NCBI GenBank assembly: GCA_013265495.1
Contig: MU058221.1
Coordinates: 930,001 to 994,000, forward strand
Length of the DNA: 64,000 bases
Direction of reading: 5' to 3'
From: Vicugna vicugna
Taxonomy: Eukaryota
Part shown: positions 38,130 through 51,199 of the stretch, piece after piece
Position numbering within the stretch: the first letter of the stretch is position 1
Layout of the letters: the number at the start of each line of letters is the position of its first letter
The notes under the pieces: generated by a model
The model's database searches: none
What the model was told of the DNA's origin: nothing
What the model saw: only the letters and a program-made list of their open reading frames with translations
Made by a program: the position numbers and the translations under genes

Positions 38130-40380
38130 AGGAAATATTGATAGGTTACAAAATAGATAAAGAAGAAAGTGAGTGAGAAGTCAAATATGGATAAACACAG
38201 AAGTGAAAAAGAAATAAAAAGTAAAGCAGAAAAATAATTGGGTGGAAATTAGCAATGTCCCTGAGATAAAAAATCCCCATACACAGAAAGAAATGGCTCA
38301 TCACACCTCAAACAATCTCATTCCTAGAAGTTAGTGCATCCTAGATAAAGAATAATGTACAAAAAGTTTCCACATTGCCCAGAAGAATGATCAATTTTAA
38401 ATGCCATGATGTAATGACACAGTGGAATAAAATAAAGACAAGTCTAAAAAAAACCCCATAATATCATTGTTTAACCCATAAAAATGAATAAAATATAAAA
38501 TATAAAATAAAGTGATATGCAAATTATATGATAATACAATAAAAAGATTAGATCTGAAACCAACAAGAATATATTGTTGAAGGAAAAAATGTTAAATTCC
38601 TTGTCTCAGAAACTGGGCATCAAATTATATTTATTTCTTTCTAGATAATTACAGGAATCAGAAATTTAAAAATTATTTAAGATAATGAAAAGATAAAGAT
38701 AGCTATTTAAAATTTAAAGCAAGGTATACACCATCTGAAACAGTAACAGAGATGAGAAAGTCTAAAATTGAAAAGCTTGCAATCATATTATAAAGTATAA
38801 AGAGTGTATCAACTACATACGAGAATAATTTCAAGTGAACCTCAAGAAAAATTCTAATTAAATTATATATAAAGCTATTTTACAAGACTCATCCCTTAAA
38901 TTGAAACAAAGAAACCTCACATTTTAAATGTATATGAAATATTACAAATTATAAATAAATATATTAGAAAAGCGTGTTAGAAAAGGTTTTAAAAGTCAAG
39001 ATCACAAAATTAATACAAAATTTTATATAACTTTGGTGAAAATAATATTTCTGGACAAAAAGCATTGCTATATATTTCTAATTGTAATACCCCTAAGGAA
39101 TATAGACGTTCCTGAAAGTTTATGTGTGAAATAATGTAGAATAACAATGCATAAACACCAACCTATTCTTACTAAAGAAGAATCAAGATTTAAGAATCTA
39201 TTATGAAATTAACTGTGGGAAATTTTAAGAAATGTATATATAGCCCTCAGTTTCGAGAGATCAATAAATAAGCCAGAAATTATAAAATTTAAATAATGTC
39301 ACTAAGAGGGTTATATGACAGGAAGAAATAATCCAGTTCATACCCTGGACACATAGTACTTGAACACGTTTGTGCCCTGGTTGACATAGAAAAATCTGTT
39401 TATCTTACAAAATAAAAGTAAACCAAAGTAATAAAATTAGAAATCAATTAAAAATGTTTTTAAAAGTCTCACAAATTAACAACACAAAAATAAAATATCG
39501 CATTTTCTTTAATAAAATGAGGCCTAAAATAGACCACAGAACATCAAATAAGATTTATTTGAAAATTGTTATTAAAGCAAAATCAAGATAAAAGAAGAGA
39601 TATAAACATTAGACACCAGTATTTAAGAAATGGGTTAAGACTAAAAGAAAGTAAATAATTTATAAATCTGTAAATTGAAGACTGTATTTTATTTCCTTTA
39701 AAATTTAAAATTTCTGCTTATACAACTCTGCCAGTAAACTTGATAATCTTTTAAAATTCATTTCTAAAAAGTAGAAATTTTCAAAATGATTTCACGTGGA
39801 CTATTTCAATAAATCATTGACCATAAAGTTACATAAAAATGAGTTCAGAAACAAAACACTCAGGACTCCAAGAATTTTAAGCATAACATAAATGAAGTAA
39901 GTATTCATTTTTATGGACTTTAAAGCATTAAAGAATGCAGAAATTATAGAAAGCTTTACAATTCACTTAACAAACCTAGGTTAATCCTGGTACTAAAAAC
40001 GACAAATGAAAAAAAACGACTAACTGAGTTTTTTACAGATATAGATAACTAATACTTAATATTTTACAGCCAATTTATTCCAGCCTTGTATAACCACGAT
40101 ATCCCATGATAAAATTGTTTCAAGTAGTAGAGCGGCGATGGTTAAAAACTAGGAAACCGATAAAATAAGTCAACATTATTAATATGTTTTGTTAGCATTT
40201 TAAATAAAATTATTAGTAGGTAGAAATCATCTCCATAGATATGGCTCACTTGTACGTTAAGCTTCAATATGCTTTTCTTACAAACCCATTATAAACTGAG
40301 AGAACCGTGTTTCCTTAACGTGTTAAAGAATTTACAACTAAAACCAGCTAGCATTGCTGTCAATAATGTTGGACTACGAA
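38130..40380 (+). mobile_element. Ancient, highly degenerate L1
   Basis: Strong A-bias with residual ORF2 motifs (AAAATTAGAAATCAAT, AATCCTGGTACTAAAAACGACAAA, ATCATCTCCATAGAT). Confidence 0.6.
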
Positions 40381-40869
40381 AGACCTGCTAAGCTTTTGCC
40401 GGAGTGTAGAGAATTAAAAAGAGGAAAAATAAACTAAACTTTAAAACTTTAACAACCTCATTTTGTTTTGTTGTGTTTGTTTCGGTTTGGTTTGGCATTC
40501 TCACGCCCAGGCGAGCCACTCCCTAGATGTCTGTGACCAGATCACCCTCGCTCTTTCCCATGGCTGTCTTAGCGGGTCCTCTACAGTGGCAGGTGAGGGA
40601 TGGTGGCTTGTGCTGGTGGTCCCTAGATGCACGGGTTCCCAACATTTAGATGCTTCTCATGACTCTGTTGGCTGAGACCTGTGCACCACCAGGGACGCTC
40701 TCAGACAGGATTAGCAGAGAATTAAAAGTGAGGCTGCCATTCCCACTACTGCTTCTACAACTCTAAAATCCTGTCCCAGAAAAATCCCAGAATCTGCACG
40801 TTGCCTCTCCCTACTTTTTATTTGGCGTGACCCAGGCCATAGACTCTCCTTCAAGACTGTGGTTGCACT

Positions 40870-43790
40870 ATTTAAATAAATGTACAAAGAGATAAAATTA
40901 ACATACCATGTGCTGCACATACGTAAAATACAGAATTTGGTAAGTTTGGGCAGGTGTCTACACTGCTGAAACCATCAACACAATCAAGAGCATATTCACC
41001 ACTCTCAGAAATGTGTATCCCTTTTTAGTCTTCTATCAGCAATCCCCTCCACCTCCAGGAAACCACTGATCTTTTCTCTATCACAATGCATTAGTTTGTA
41101 TTTTCTAGAGTTTTATACAAATGGAATTACACATGACATTCTTTCTTTTTTTTTTGCTGGCTTCTAGCATCATAAATATTTTGAGATTCTTCTAAAGTGT
41201 CCTATCAGTGTATTCCCTTTTATATGTGGGTAGTGTCCCATTTTATGGATGAGCCACAATTTGTTTATCTGTGAATCTGCTGGCGGGCATTTGGACTGTC
41301 TCCACCTGTTGCGTATGCAAACACGGCTACCATGTTCATTCACGTACAGGTCTTTGTATGAGCATGTGCTTTTATATCCTCTGCTGAAAGTCCCAGCAGT
41401 AGAATGGTTAGGCCACATGGCGAGGTTCATGTTTAACTTTTTAAGAAACTGCCAGATGGTTTTCCAACATGATTTATTTGTGTCCCTTTTTAGCCTTCCT
41501 ACCAACACCCCTTCATCTCCAGGAAACCACTTTTACCATTTTACATTCCCACCAGAACTGTGTGAGAGTCCTAGTTTTCCCACATCTTTGTCAATCCTTG
41601 ATAGAATCCATCATTTGCACTTTGAACATTTCTCTCAGTTTGTGGCTTATATTTTTATTCCCTTAACACTGCCTTCCCAAGAGCAAAGGTTTTAATGTTG
41701 ATTAAGTCTCATCTATCATTTCATTTGGTTATGGATCATGTTTTTGTTCTCATATCTAAAGAAAACCACAAAGGTTTTCTGCTAGGTTTTACTTTGGAAG
41801 TTTTACAGTTTCCATTTTCACACTTAGGTCTATGATTCATACTATTATATTTATTATGAGGTATGAAGTGTTTGTTATTTTTATTTTTGTGTATGGATGT
41901 CAAACGTCATTTGTTGAAAAGACTATGCTTTCTTCCTTGAACTGCCTTCATAGCTTCAGCAAAGATCAGTCGTCCATATATATTTGGGTTTCCTTCTGAA
42001 CCCTGTGTCATTCCCCATTTGTCTACCTTCATGTCAGTTCCACACTGTACTGAATACTAATGTTTTACAAGTCTGGAAATTTGCCCTCCAACTGGCTCTT
42101 CCTTGAAATGTTTGTTTTGATTATTCTAAGTCTTTCGCACATCAGCGTGAAACTTAGTATTTCAATGGCAGTCCGACATTTTACACAAAAATAAGCTTGC
42201 TGGGATGCTGTTTGGGGTTGTGTTGAATCTACAGATAAATCTGGAGAGAACCAACACTGTAATAATATTGAGTCTTCTAATCTCTGAACAAGGTTTGCCT
42301 CACTGATTACTTACACATACTTTCATTACTCCCAGCAATATATTGTAATTTTCAGAGTACAGATCAGATCTTGGGCATTTTCCTCAGATTTACTTCTAAG
42401 TAATTCATATTTTGATATTATCATAAATAGCATTGCTTTCACTAAAATATTTATTAGTAATACAGAAATACAGTTGATTTCTTACACAGTAATATAGCAC
42501 AATGTAACCTGGCTAAATTCAATTATTCTGGAAGTTTTGTTTTGTTGATTGTGTTTCATAGATGTCGTTAGATTTTCTACTTAGATGGTCACATCATCTG
42601 CAAATAAATGTAATTTTATACCCTTCCCTCCGATCTGGATGCCTTTAATTTCTTATTCTTGCCTTATTGCACTGGCTAGAACTGTCACATTGTGTTGCAG
42701 AGACAGTGAGAGCAGACAGCTCTGCCTTGTTCCTGATGTTAAGGTGAAAGCATTTGTTTGTCACCCTTATGTATGATGTTAGCAATCAGTTTTTTCATAA
42801 ATGTTCTTTATCTGGTTGACGAAATTGCCTTCTATTCCTAGTTTGCTGAGTTTTTACTAGAAATGTATGTCAGATATTGTCAAATTCTTTATCTCCATGT
42901 ACTAAGATAATTGTATGTTATTTATATCCTGTAATAAATTATACTGATTGACATTCAGACGCTGTACCAACCATGCATTCCTGGGATAAGCCCCATTCAG
43001 TCAGGACTATATAATTTGGGGAACGTACGCTGATGTATGCATCGAACTTTTGCACATATGTTTATTAGGTGTATTTCCTGTAACTTTCTTTTCTTGTAAC
43101 TTATTTATCTGCTTCTGGGCGTGCAGTGATGGTGTCACTAAATGAGTTGTATTGTGTTTCCTCCTCTTTAATTTTCTCTTCAATCTTCCTCAGTTTCTGG
43201 AGAATTTGTATTATTGCTTCCTCGATGTTTTGTAGAATTTATCAGTGAGGTCACCTACACCTGGAGCTCCATTTGTGGGAAGGTTTTTCTAAGTATGTAT
43301 TTTATTTCTTTAATAGACATAAGGATATTCTCTTGAGTAAACTTTAGTAGCTTGTTTTTTTCAAGGAATTTGTTAATTATGTCTAAGTTAACAAACTGAT
43401 TTTCAAAAGCATGTTTATAATACTCTCTTAATTTGTCTCTAATATCTTTAGAAACTGGTGTGATCCAGCCTCATTCTTGATATTGATATGTGTGTATTTC
43501 TTTTTTTTTTTTTTTGCAAATCAGCCTGACCAGAGTTTAACCACTTGTATCACTTTTCTCAACAAATCAGCTTCCACTTTCATTAATTTTCTTTATTATT
43601 TTTGTGTCTTTTCAGTTGATGGATTTCAACTTCTATCTTTATTACTAATGTACTTCCACTTGCTTTGAATTTGACTTGCTCTTCTTTTTCCTGCTTTCTC
43701 AAAGTAGAAGCTGAGGTCACTGAGATGAGAGCTTTCTTTTCTCTTATAGGTATTGAGCGCCACAAAGTTCCCACAAGAACTGGCTGCAGT
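40870..43790 (-). mobile_element. L1M (L1MC-like) 3' UTR and ORF2
   Basis: ORF 41170..41508(-) WKTIWQFLKKLNMNL...WRQSKCP...INKLWLIH is the L1 ORF2 C-terminus. Antisense ORF2 motifs continue to ~43790. Confidence 0.9.
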
Positions 43791-44107
43791 TTTGAAATTT
43801 GTTTTGGAGCCTATAGTCAGGATATTCCTCCAGGTATTCCCTGTGTCACACTTTTCTATAGCTTCAAGAGGTCAAGAAGAAAAAGATTTTAAGTCCATGC
43901 ATATGTATGTGTGTGTGTCCATATATGGCCATATATGGAATTTTATATATGTATATACAGAAAGAATCATTAACATCTTCTAATCTTATAAAACAGCCTA
44001 TTGCAAAATGGCACCACGTATTCTGTAATCTACTTAAATTGCTGGTAGCAGTAATAGAAATAATCAGAAATTAGTGACGTCTGGGCAAAGAGGGAGGCTA
44101 TTACATG

Positions 44108-44345
44108 CATAATAACAATATCACAACAGTAGCTACCGTTTGTTAAGAACACACACTCTGTGCCAGAGAATATGCTGTAGTCTTTACTATCTGACATCTT
44201 CATATCACCCTATAAGGTACAAAGAGCATCATTATTTTATAGATAAGAAAACAGGTTGACACAGTCTTCACTGTCTGCCCGTGATCCCAGAGCTACACAT
44301 GGCAGGGCTGACGTGAGAGCCCAGGTCTTTCTGACTGCAAAGTTT
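44108..44345 (-). mobile_element. MIR SINE
   Basis: GTAGCTACCGTTTGTTAAG...TGTGCCAG...ATTTTATAGATAAGAAAAC...GCCCAGGTCTTTCTGACT. Confidence 0.8.
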
Positions 44346-45337
44346 CCTAAAGAAAAAAATATTTCAACGTCGGCCTCTCCATAGTCAGTCAGTCTGCGGC
44401 ATTTGTTCCGATTTCATTACTTGTGAGCCTCAAACTCAATTGGAAGAAATCTTTCATCAAGAGTTTAACCACATCCCCCCCACATGATAGGGGAAAATTC
44501 TACCGTCCATGAGAATTGCTGCCTCTAATAGAGCAAGCCTTCTGAAAGCCTATCTCCTTAGAGATTGTGGAAAATTATAGAAATGCCTTGGCTAGTCCCC
44601 AAGTTATTCCTAAGGCTGGTTTCTCCTGCACATTTTCATTTGATGTGCCCAAAACCTTTTATTTGCTTTTCAGTTTCCCTCGTGATTCTTGCTTTGCAGG
44701 TCTTCCAACATTGAATGGAATGTAGAAAGACTCTTACTAGGGTTTTTCCCCATTTCCATGTGTATAATATGCAAACAAACAAAGTCATAGTCTTAAGTTC
44801 ACTGATGTCTAATATTTATGCATTAAATATTGTTAGACCTGATTGGTGCTATCCGTGTTTCCCAAATCCAAGTACTCTGGAACCCTGTGGGAAGATGTAT
44901 TTTAATTACCATGTAATTATTTCTCCTAACATTGCCTCTCCTCATGCAAAATTCTCTAGACCTACAGTATATTAAGATGGCAACAAAAAGAAATGAATGT
45001 GCTCTTCTCATTGTCCTGGAACAGAACTGTGACTGTTTTATCTGTGGACACCTGCTAGCCCTTGCACCTGAGCTAAGAGTCACAACGAAGCAGAGCAGGT
45101 CATCTCTGTCGTCCACAACCGCTGATTCTACTCTGTTAAAAGCCTGCACACAAATCTTCTCAACTTTGAAGTGAGCCTGAGTTTTCTCTAGAGATACCTA
45201 CCAATCTCTTCTTAGAACACCCTTTGCTCCTTACGAATGACACCAAGATTTTGTGAAGTTTGAGGATCACTAGCGAAATTGTCCTGGCTACAGAGCTGTA
45301 TCTTTCTCTCTCCAAAACCACATTCCATGTGCTACAT

Positions 45338-45549
45338 CAGTGGTTCTCAGCCATTGGTGATTTTGCGCCTGTTTTCCTATGGAATCATCCGGCAATATCT
45401 GGACACACCGTCCATCGTCACGGCTGGAGAGTGGGTGTAACTGCTGGTTTCTGCTGGATCTGGATACAGTGCTCACGTTACACCCCCACCTCACCAACAG
45501 CCAAATATCTGGCCCCAAATGTCGATAGTGATGAGGTTGAAAACCCTTG
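45338..45549 (+). mobile_element. MER20 (hAT-Charlie)
   Basis: CAGTGGTTCTCA...GGTGATTTTGC...AAATGTCGATAGTGATGAGGTTGAAAACCCTTG. Degenerate 8-bp TSD TGCTACAT/TCCTAGAT. Confidence 0.88.
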
Positions 45550-46650
45550 TCCTAGATCATTTCCTACTTTAGGAGTTTTATTTTTTTATATAAAATATCT
45601 GTTGGAAGCAGAGCCACCTCAACATTTACAATTCCCTGAGGAAACTTTTCCTGGCTTTCGCTCTGTACACACTTACCTGAGCCTGCCTAGATGTTGATTG
45701 TGTCTCACTGTTTTATAGCTAAGAACACAGCCGACGTAGGCTACACCGTCTGCCCGTGTCGCTGTAGGCTTCCATGTCCCACTAAGTCCCCAGCCTTATC
45801 TATTTATACCTGCTGCTTCATGTCATCTCTCTTGCCCTTGAGGGCATCTGAGTTTGCCTAGCCTTCATTAAATGCAACCCACGGGCAAATTTAAACAGAC
45901 CGTTTTTCTAATATTTCACCCCAAACTCATATGCTTATTTTGGCTTTCTTAGTATCTCCACACAAAAGACTAAGTGAAGTAGAGGAAACCTAATGGAAGA
46001 CAGTAAACAAGAGAGTGGTACAGCTCAGAGCGACTTGCCCAAGTCTGCTTCCCCAGAGTGGAGACACTCTCATTGGAAGGCTGCTTCCAGGCCACCTTGT
46101 TGCAACCTCTTCCTGCAAAAGAGTTTAAATCTCGGCTATAAACTCTGCTCTATCACTTGGAACATTCCGTGGTTTTGGCCCAAGTCATTCACAGTCATGA
46201 TTTTCCTCTTTACAACTATTGTGAAATTGAAAGAGAGGAAAATTGTTAAGCTTCCGAATTGGTCAACATCATTGTAGAAGTTTGACTAATAAAATAAAAT
46301 AATGTGAATTTTGGTGAGGGGAGGGTTCAATTTCCAGTAATTCCATTAAGCAATTTTTTTTAAATGAAAAAAAAAAAGAATGTGAATTTTAACAATGGAG
46401 AGAATTGAGAGATAATGAATAAATAAAGTGTCCTATTTATTAAAACAAAGAAAATGTACTAAAACACGACTGGAATTAATATTTGGAACAGCACTCTTTC
46501 TGGGTGTACTAAGCACATTAAGAAAAATGCAACCCTGCTCCCACATACAAACACACACAGACGTACATCAGGTGGGTGACAGCAAAAAAATAGATCAAAG
46601 ATACCAAAAAAAAAATTCATTATGTACATATTAGAAACAAAAATAAAACA

Positions 46651-46829
46651 CAGTTGAACTTTGAACAACGCAGGGGTTAATCCACCTACAATTTATACTT
46701 GGCCTCCCATGTTTGTAATTCCTCCGCATACTCAAATTCAACCAACCACGGACTGTGTATTATTTACTATAGAAAAACACCTGCATATAGGTGGACCTGA
46801 GCGGTTCAAATGCATTCAAAGGTCAAATG
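46651..46829. mobile_element. Tigger2/MER8-family MITE
   Basis: Terminal inverted repeats CAGTTGAACTTTGAA...TTCAAAGGTCAAATG. Confidence 0.8.
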
Positions 46830-47099
46830 TCATTGTAACGGATGTAAAGTAAGTGTTTTCCCACATGCAGAATCATTTACCGTTTTACTGTGTACTTAGC
46901 TCGCAAACAGAAGTTAACGTAAGTAGAGTTTTATCAAATCCCTAGATAAAAGAGTTAAAATTCACAAGGTATTAATTCAGTCCAGGTTATTCTTTAAAAA
47001 TAACGCAATTCCAAAAAAAGTATCAAAGAAATTTTATTAGGGTACTGACATAGTCATTCTAAAGTTCATCTCCACAGCCTCAAACATCTCACTTGTCTC

Positions 47100-48640
47100 C
47101 CACTAGAGAATTCTTTTAATAAACTAAAAACAAAGAGGTAGATCTTTATTTGCTGTCATAGAGACATGTCCAAGGTATATTACATGAAACAAATAAATTC
47201 CAAAGCATTCGAACAAACAGAGGTACAGGTAGCATTTGAGAAGAAAAACATACTCATTTATATATGCACAGAAAATATCCAGAAGAACACAGAGCAAAAT
47301 ATTAGCAGTGACTTATTTCTAGGATATGTTTATGGAGAGAATAAAAGTCAACAGAAAAGAAGATAGTCAAAAGAACCACTTATATATGTGTGTGTGTGCG
47401 TATATAGTAACTTTATAATTAAGTATAGAAATGCAATAAAAAGTATAGCCAAACTTTTTTTAAATGAATAATGAAATGTAATTCATTCTTTACATTAAAT
47501 AAAGAACATGATAAAATCATTAGGAAAATGACAAGTTTAATAGAAGAGCATGTGTATCCATATATATACAAATATATATGGAAACATATATGTGAAAACA
47601 TAATCCATACATGTAACACATAAATATATATGCATACAGTTTATATATATGAGTATTTAACGCTTTGTAGATTAACAAATAAAATATTTCTTAGCTATGA
47701 GAAAATGACAAATGAGTTAGGGACACTAGGTAAAATTTTGGACACCAAAAAGTTAGTTGAATTAATGATTTGCATGCACAAAATAAAGCCGTGAAACAAT
47801 TAGAGGAAAATAAAATGAATATTTATTTAATATCTTCTGGAGATAACCTTTGTGATATACAAAAAAAGGCAGACACCATAAAATAAAATGAAATAATTTA
47901 AATATGTGAAATTAATCTTCTAAATATATAATCAAAATCCCATCTGAAATAATTAAAAGGTAAGTGACAGGCTCTAAGAAGATCATTTGTGATGTTTATA
48001 GAAACTAAAAGATTAATAAATTAATTTAAAACCACTTATAGATCAATAAAAATTATGAACTGGCAAAGAAAATGAACATAATATACAGAATGTAAAATAT
48101 ACAAAGGTCAAACAAATGTAAAAAATCATGTATATCATTAGTAATCAAAGTGGTGAATCCTAAAAACACAACAAAATACCTTTTGATCTAAGTTGGAACA
48201 TGTTACAGCCAGACAGTTTTTTAACTGTTGGATAAGATGGATTGAAATATCAAAATAAAATTTTAACCATTAAGTATATTTAGAAAGACATAAGTGCAAA
48301 GGTGGTCATCTTAAGTTCATTTATTCCAAAAATTTTTAAACACCCACCAAATCAGAACTAGAAACTATGTACAGAAAAATACTATACAGTATTACCCACT
48401 AACTAAAATCAAGCTGTAGATGAACGCTTAGTGGGCTCACAATAGAGTAAGTAAAAATGGCAGATTATAAACAATCTGCTTCTATTAATTTTATTTGTGT
48501 AACAAAAATATACAAATATGTTAGTAAAATGGTAAACAAAGTTACATAAAGGTATTTTTCTTTTTTTCGTTCATACGTGTTTTGTCATCTTGAGCATAGA
48601 CTGTACAATAAAATGACATATTAATAAAAAGTTTATTAAG
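47100..48640 (+). mobile_element. Ancient L1 (L1ME-type) 3' fragments
   Basis: A-rich with GAAACAATTAGAGGAAAAT, CATTAGTAATCAAAG and similar ORF2/3' UTR remnants. Confidence 0.55.
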
Positions 48641-48799
48641 AAAAATTACTAAAAATGGGCTATACCAAACCTATATCCTAAAGCTAATATATATTTTTGA
48701 ACTTTAAAAAATAAATGAAATAAACTTACTGATTTTTCAAGAGAAAAGATTTGTAAAGAAATTTTTCAAAGAAGAGAGTCTAATTTGGGAATGCAACTA

Positions 48800-50700
48800 T
48801 TCATTCTTTCAGTCAATATTTATGAAGCTTCTCATCTACATAAGATATGGAGGAAGGCATTGAAGATACAGGTCAAATAAAAACTGTCACCTGTTACTTC
48901 TCCTTGGATCAGAGTCAAATAAAACTGGAAGACAGTTATCCAATCATTATTTAAAAGATGCAGTGGTAAGCAGGAATAAAATCGTGTGATTTGACAACGT
49001 GAGAACTTCAGTAATGGCTTCCTGAGGAGGTGAGGAACAGAAACTAACTGAGCAGAGTGAGTAGCAGAATTCTAGGTCTGGGCTTACGCGATGCTGTTGT
49101 CAAAGGACAGAGCGTGACTAATGAAAGCAGAAGAAAAGGAGGCCAGTGTAGATTGTGTGGACGCTTCCTTGCACGGAGATTTGAGCGCAAGGGGAGTGTG
49201 ATGGGACAAGAATCCATGGAAGCAGGACCAGATCATTCAGTTTTTAAGGTCATGTTAAGGGTTTCAATCTTCATCCAAAGAACAACAGGACTCCTCTAAA
49301 TTGCTCTAAATACACGCTCAGCTTCTGTTTCGAAAGACGCACCTTATGTACAGCGTAGAGAATAAATCCAGCAGAGCAAGAGCAGAGTTGGGGAGACTCA
49401 ACAGGACAAAATGGTACCAGTAAAGATGGAGAGGACTGGATGGGTTTGAGAGATACTCAAGAAGTAGAACCAGCAAGATTTCACCATGATTTGCTTATGG
49501 AACGTGAGGGTGAGGACGGAGGCAAGGATGGTTCCTACAGTTCTGACCTGCAGAAATGGATGCTTCATTCACAAGACTGGAACCACCAAAAGGAAAGCAG
49601 GTTTGGAAAGAAAGACTGTGATTTGGTTTGGGGATGGGCTTAAGGTATCTCTTAGATATTTGAATTTAGATGCCAAATAGGAAATTGGTGTACATGTGGG
49701 GAACTCAGAGAAAAAAGCAATTGAGAAGCAACTTATTCATGGTTAATAAATAAATAGTAATGCATATGCTGTACATGAGAATGAGATCACCTGAGATTAT
49801 TTAGAGACAGAGAGAGAGAGAGCAGGAGAGGAGAGAGAACATAATTGTATAAAAGGAGGTGCAAGACAGAGCCATAAGGAAAACATAATATTCAGGTAGA
49901 GGAATTTGAGTTTACAAAGGATGCAGGAAAGAAACACGCTGCGATGAAGAAGGAAAGCATCTACCAGAAAACATCTTCTCCAAATAAGAAGAAAGAAAAC
50001 ACTAAGAGTTGACTGTTGCCACGATATCAAAGTAAAGCAAAACATTTTAAATAAAGGCAAAGAATTGAGTGATAATGAAGTCAGTGGCAAATTTAGCAGG
50101 AGCTGTTTTGATGGCTTGATAGGTTCTGATGACAGACTGCAGTGGCTTGAAGAATTGAGTGACTGATGAGGAAATGCGGACCAGGGTAGAATCTTATGAA
50201 AAGGTTTTTCTAGGAAGGGGAGGAATAAGACAGGGCAGAAGGAAAGGAAGATGTCAGATTAGGAGAAAATTCTGTTATTTTTGGGTAGTGAGACCCAGAC
50301 ATGATTAAAATCCTGTGAAGGTGATCAAGGTTAGGAGTCAGCAAACGGCAAGACAGGAGCCAAATCCAGCCATTGCCTGTTTCTGTAAATAGGGTTGTAT
50401 TGGGTCACAGATGTGCTGTTTCTTTGCATATTTGTTACAGTTGCTTTTATGCTGTAATGGCAGAATGAAGTAGTTGTGACGGAGAGTGTGTGGTCTGCAA
50501 AGTCTGAAATATTTACTATCTAGTCCTTTCCAGAAATATTCTCCTGACTCCTGGTCTAGATCAAAGAAAGAATTCGGGTACATAAGGAAGTGAAAGGTAA
50601 GGTGAGAATGAAAAGGTGACAAAACTTTGAACGCCATATAGCCTGCTGGTGGAGGGGTCCACTCAGACTTAGGTGACATTATACCTTGGGAAGTGGGATG
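48800..50700 (-). mobile_element. Long L2 fragment interrupted by MER58A
   Basis: TTCATTC...AATATTTATGAAGCTTCT, GGCTTCCTGAGGAGGTGA, TGGATGGGTTTGAGAGATA, AGACTGCAGTGGCTTGAAGA. Confidence 0.8.
50332..50553 (+). mobile_element. MER58A (hAT-Charlie)
   Basis: AGGAGTCAGCAAAC...GCCAAATCCAGCC...CTGAAATATTTACTATCTAGTCCTTT...TGACTCCTG, followed by GTCTAGAT. Confidence 0.88.
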
Positions 50701-51199
50701 GTGATATAATTCGCTTTAACTTAAAGATAATTCCCCTTGAGTTCTTTTTAAAAAAATCAATAAAACTGAAAGCCTTCAGCAATGACGAACGAGAATAAAT
50801 TAACAAAACCAAAATACAAAAAGTATGACTGGATACATTTTGTATCTTTAAGGAATTTAAAATCTTAAGGAAAAACTATATCTGATATGTTAATGATTTT
50901 TATTCTGGATTATAAGAATATATAAAACTCACCTGCCTCATTTACACTTTCTAGTATAGTGGCCCATAGTGATTGGATGAATATTTATTGACTAGAGGAG
51001 ATGTTTTAGAAAAACTTATTTTATTACATAAAATAAGTCATTATACATGCTATGTTTTCAATGAAAAGGGTATTTTTCTAGAAACTCTAATTCAACATTT
51101 TGATTCAAAGACCCCCAAAGGAACAAATCTGGATAAAATTAATACTATTTTTTCAGTATGATATTCAAAATGGGCACCATTTCAGAGCTAGAAAAGGAT

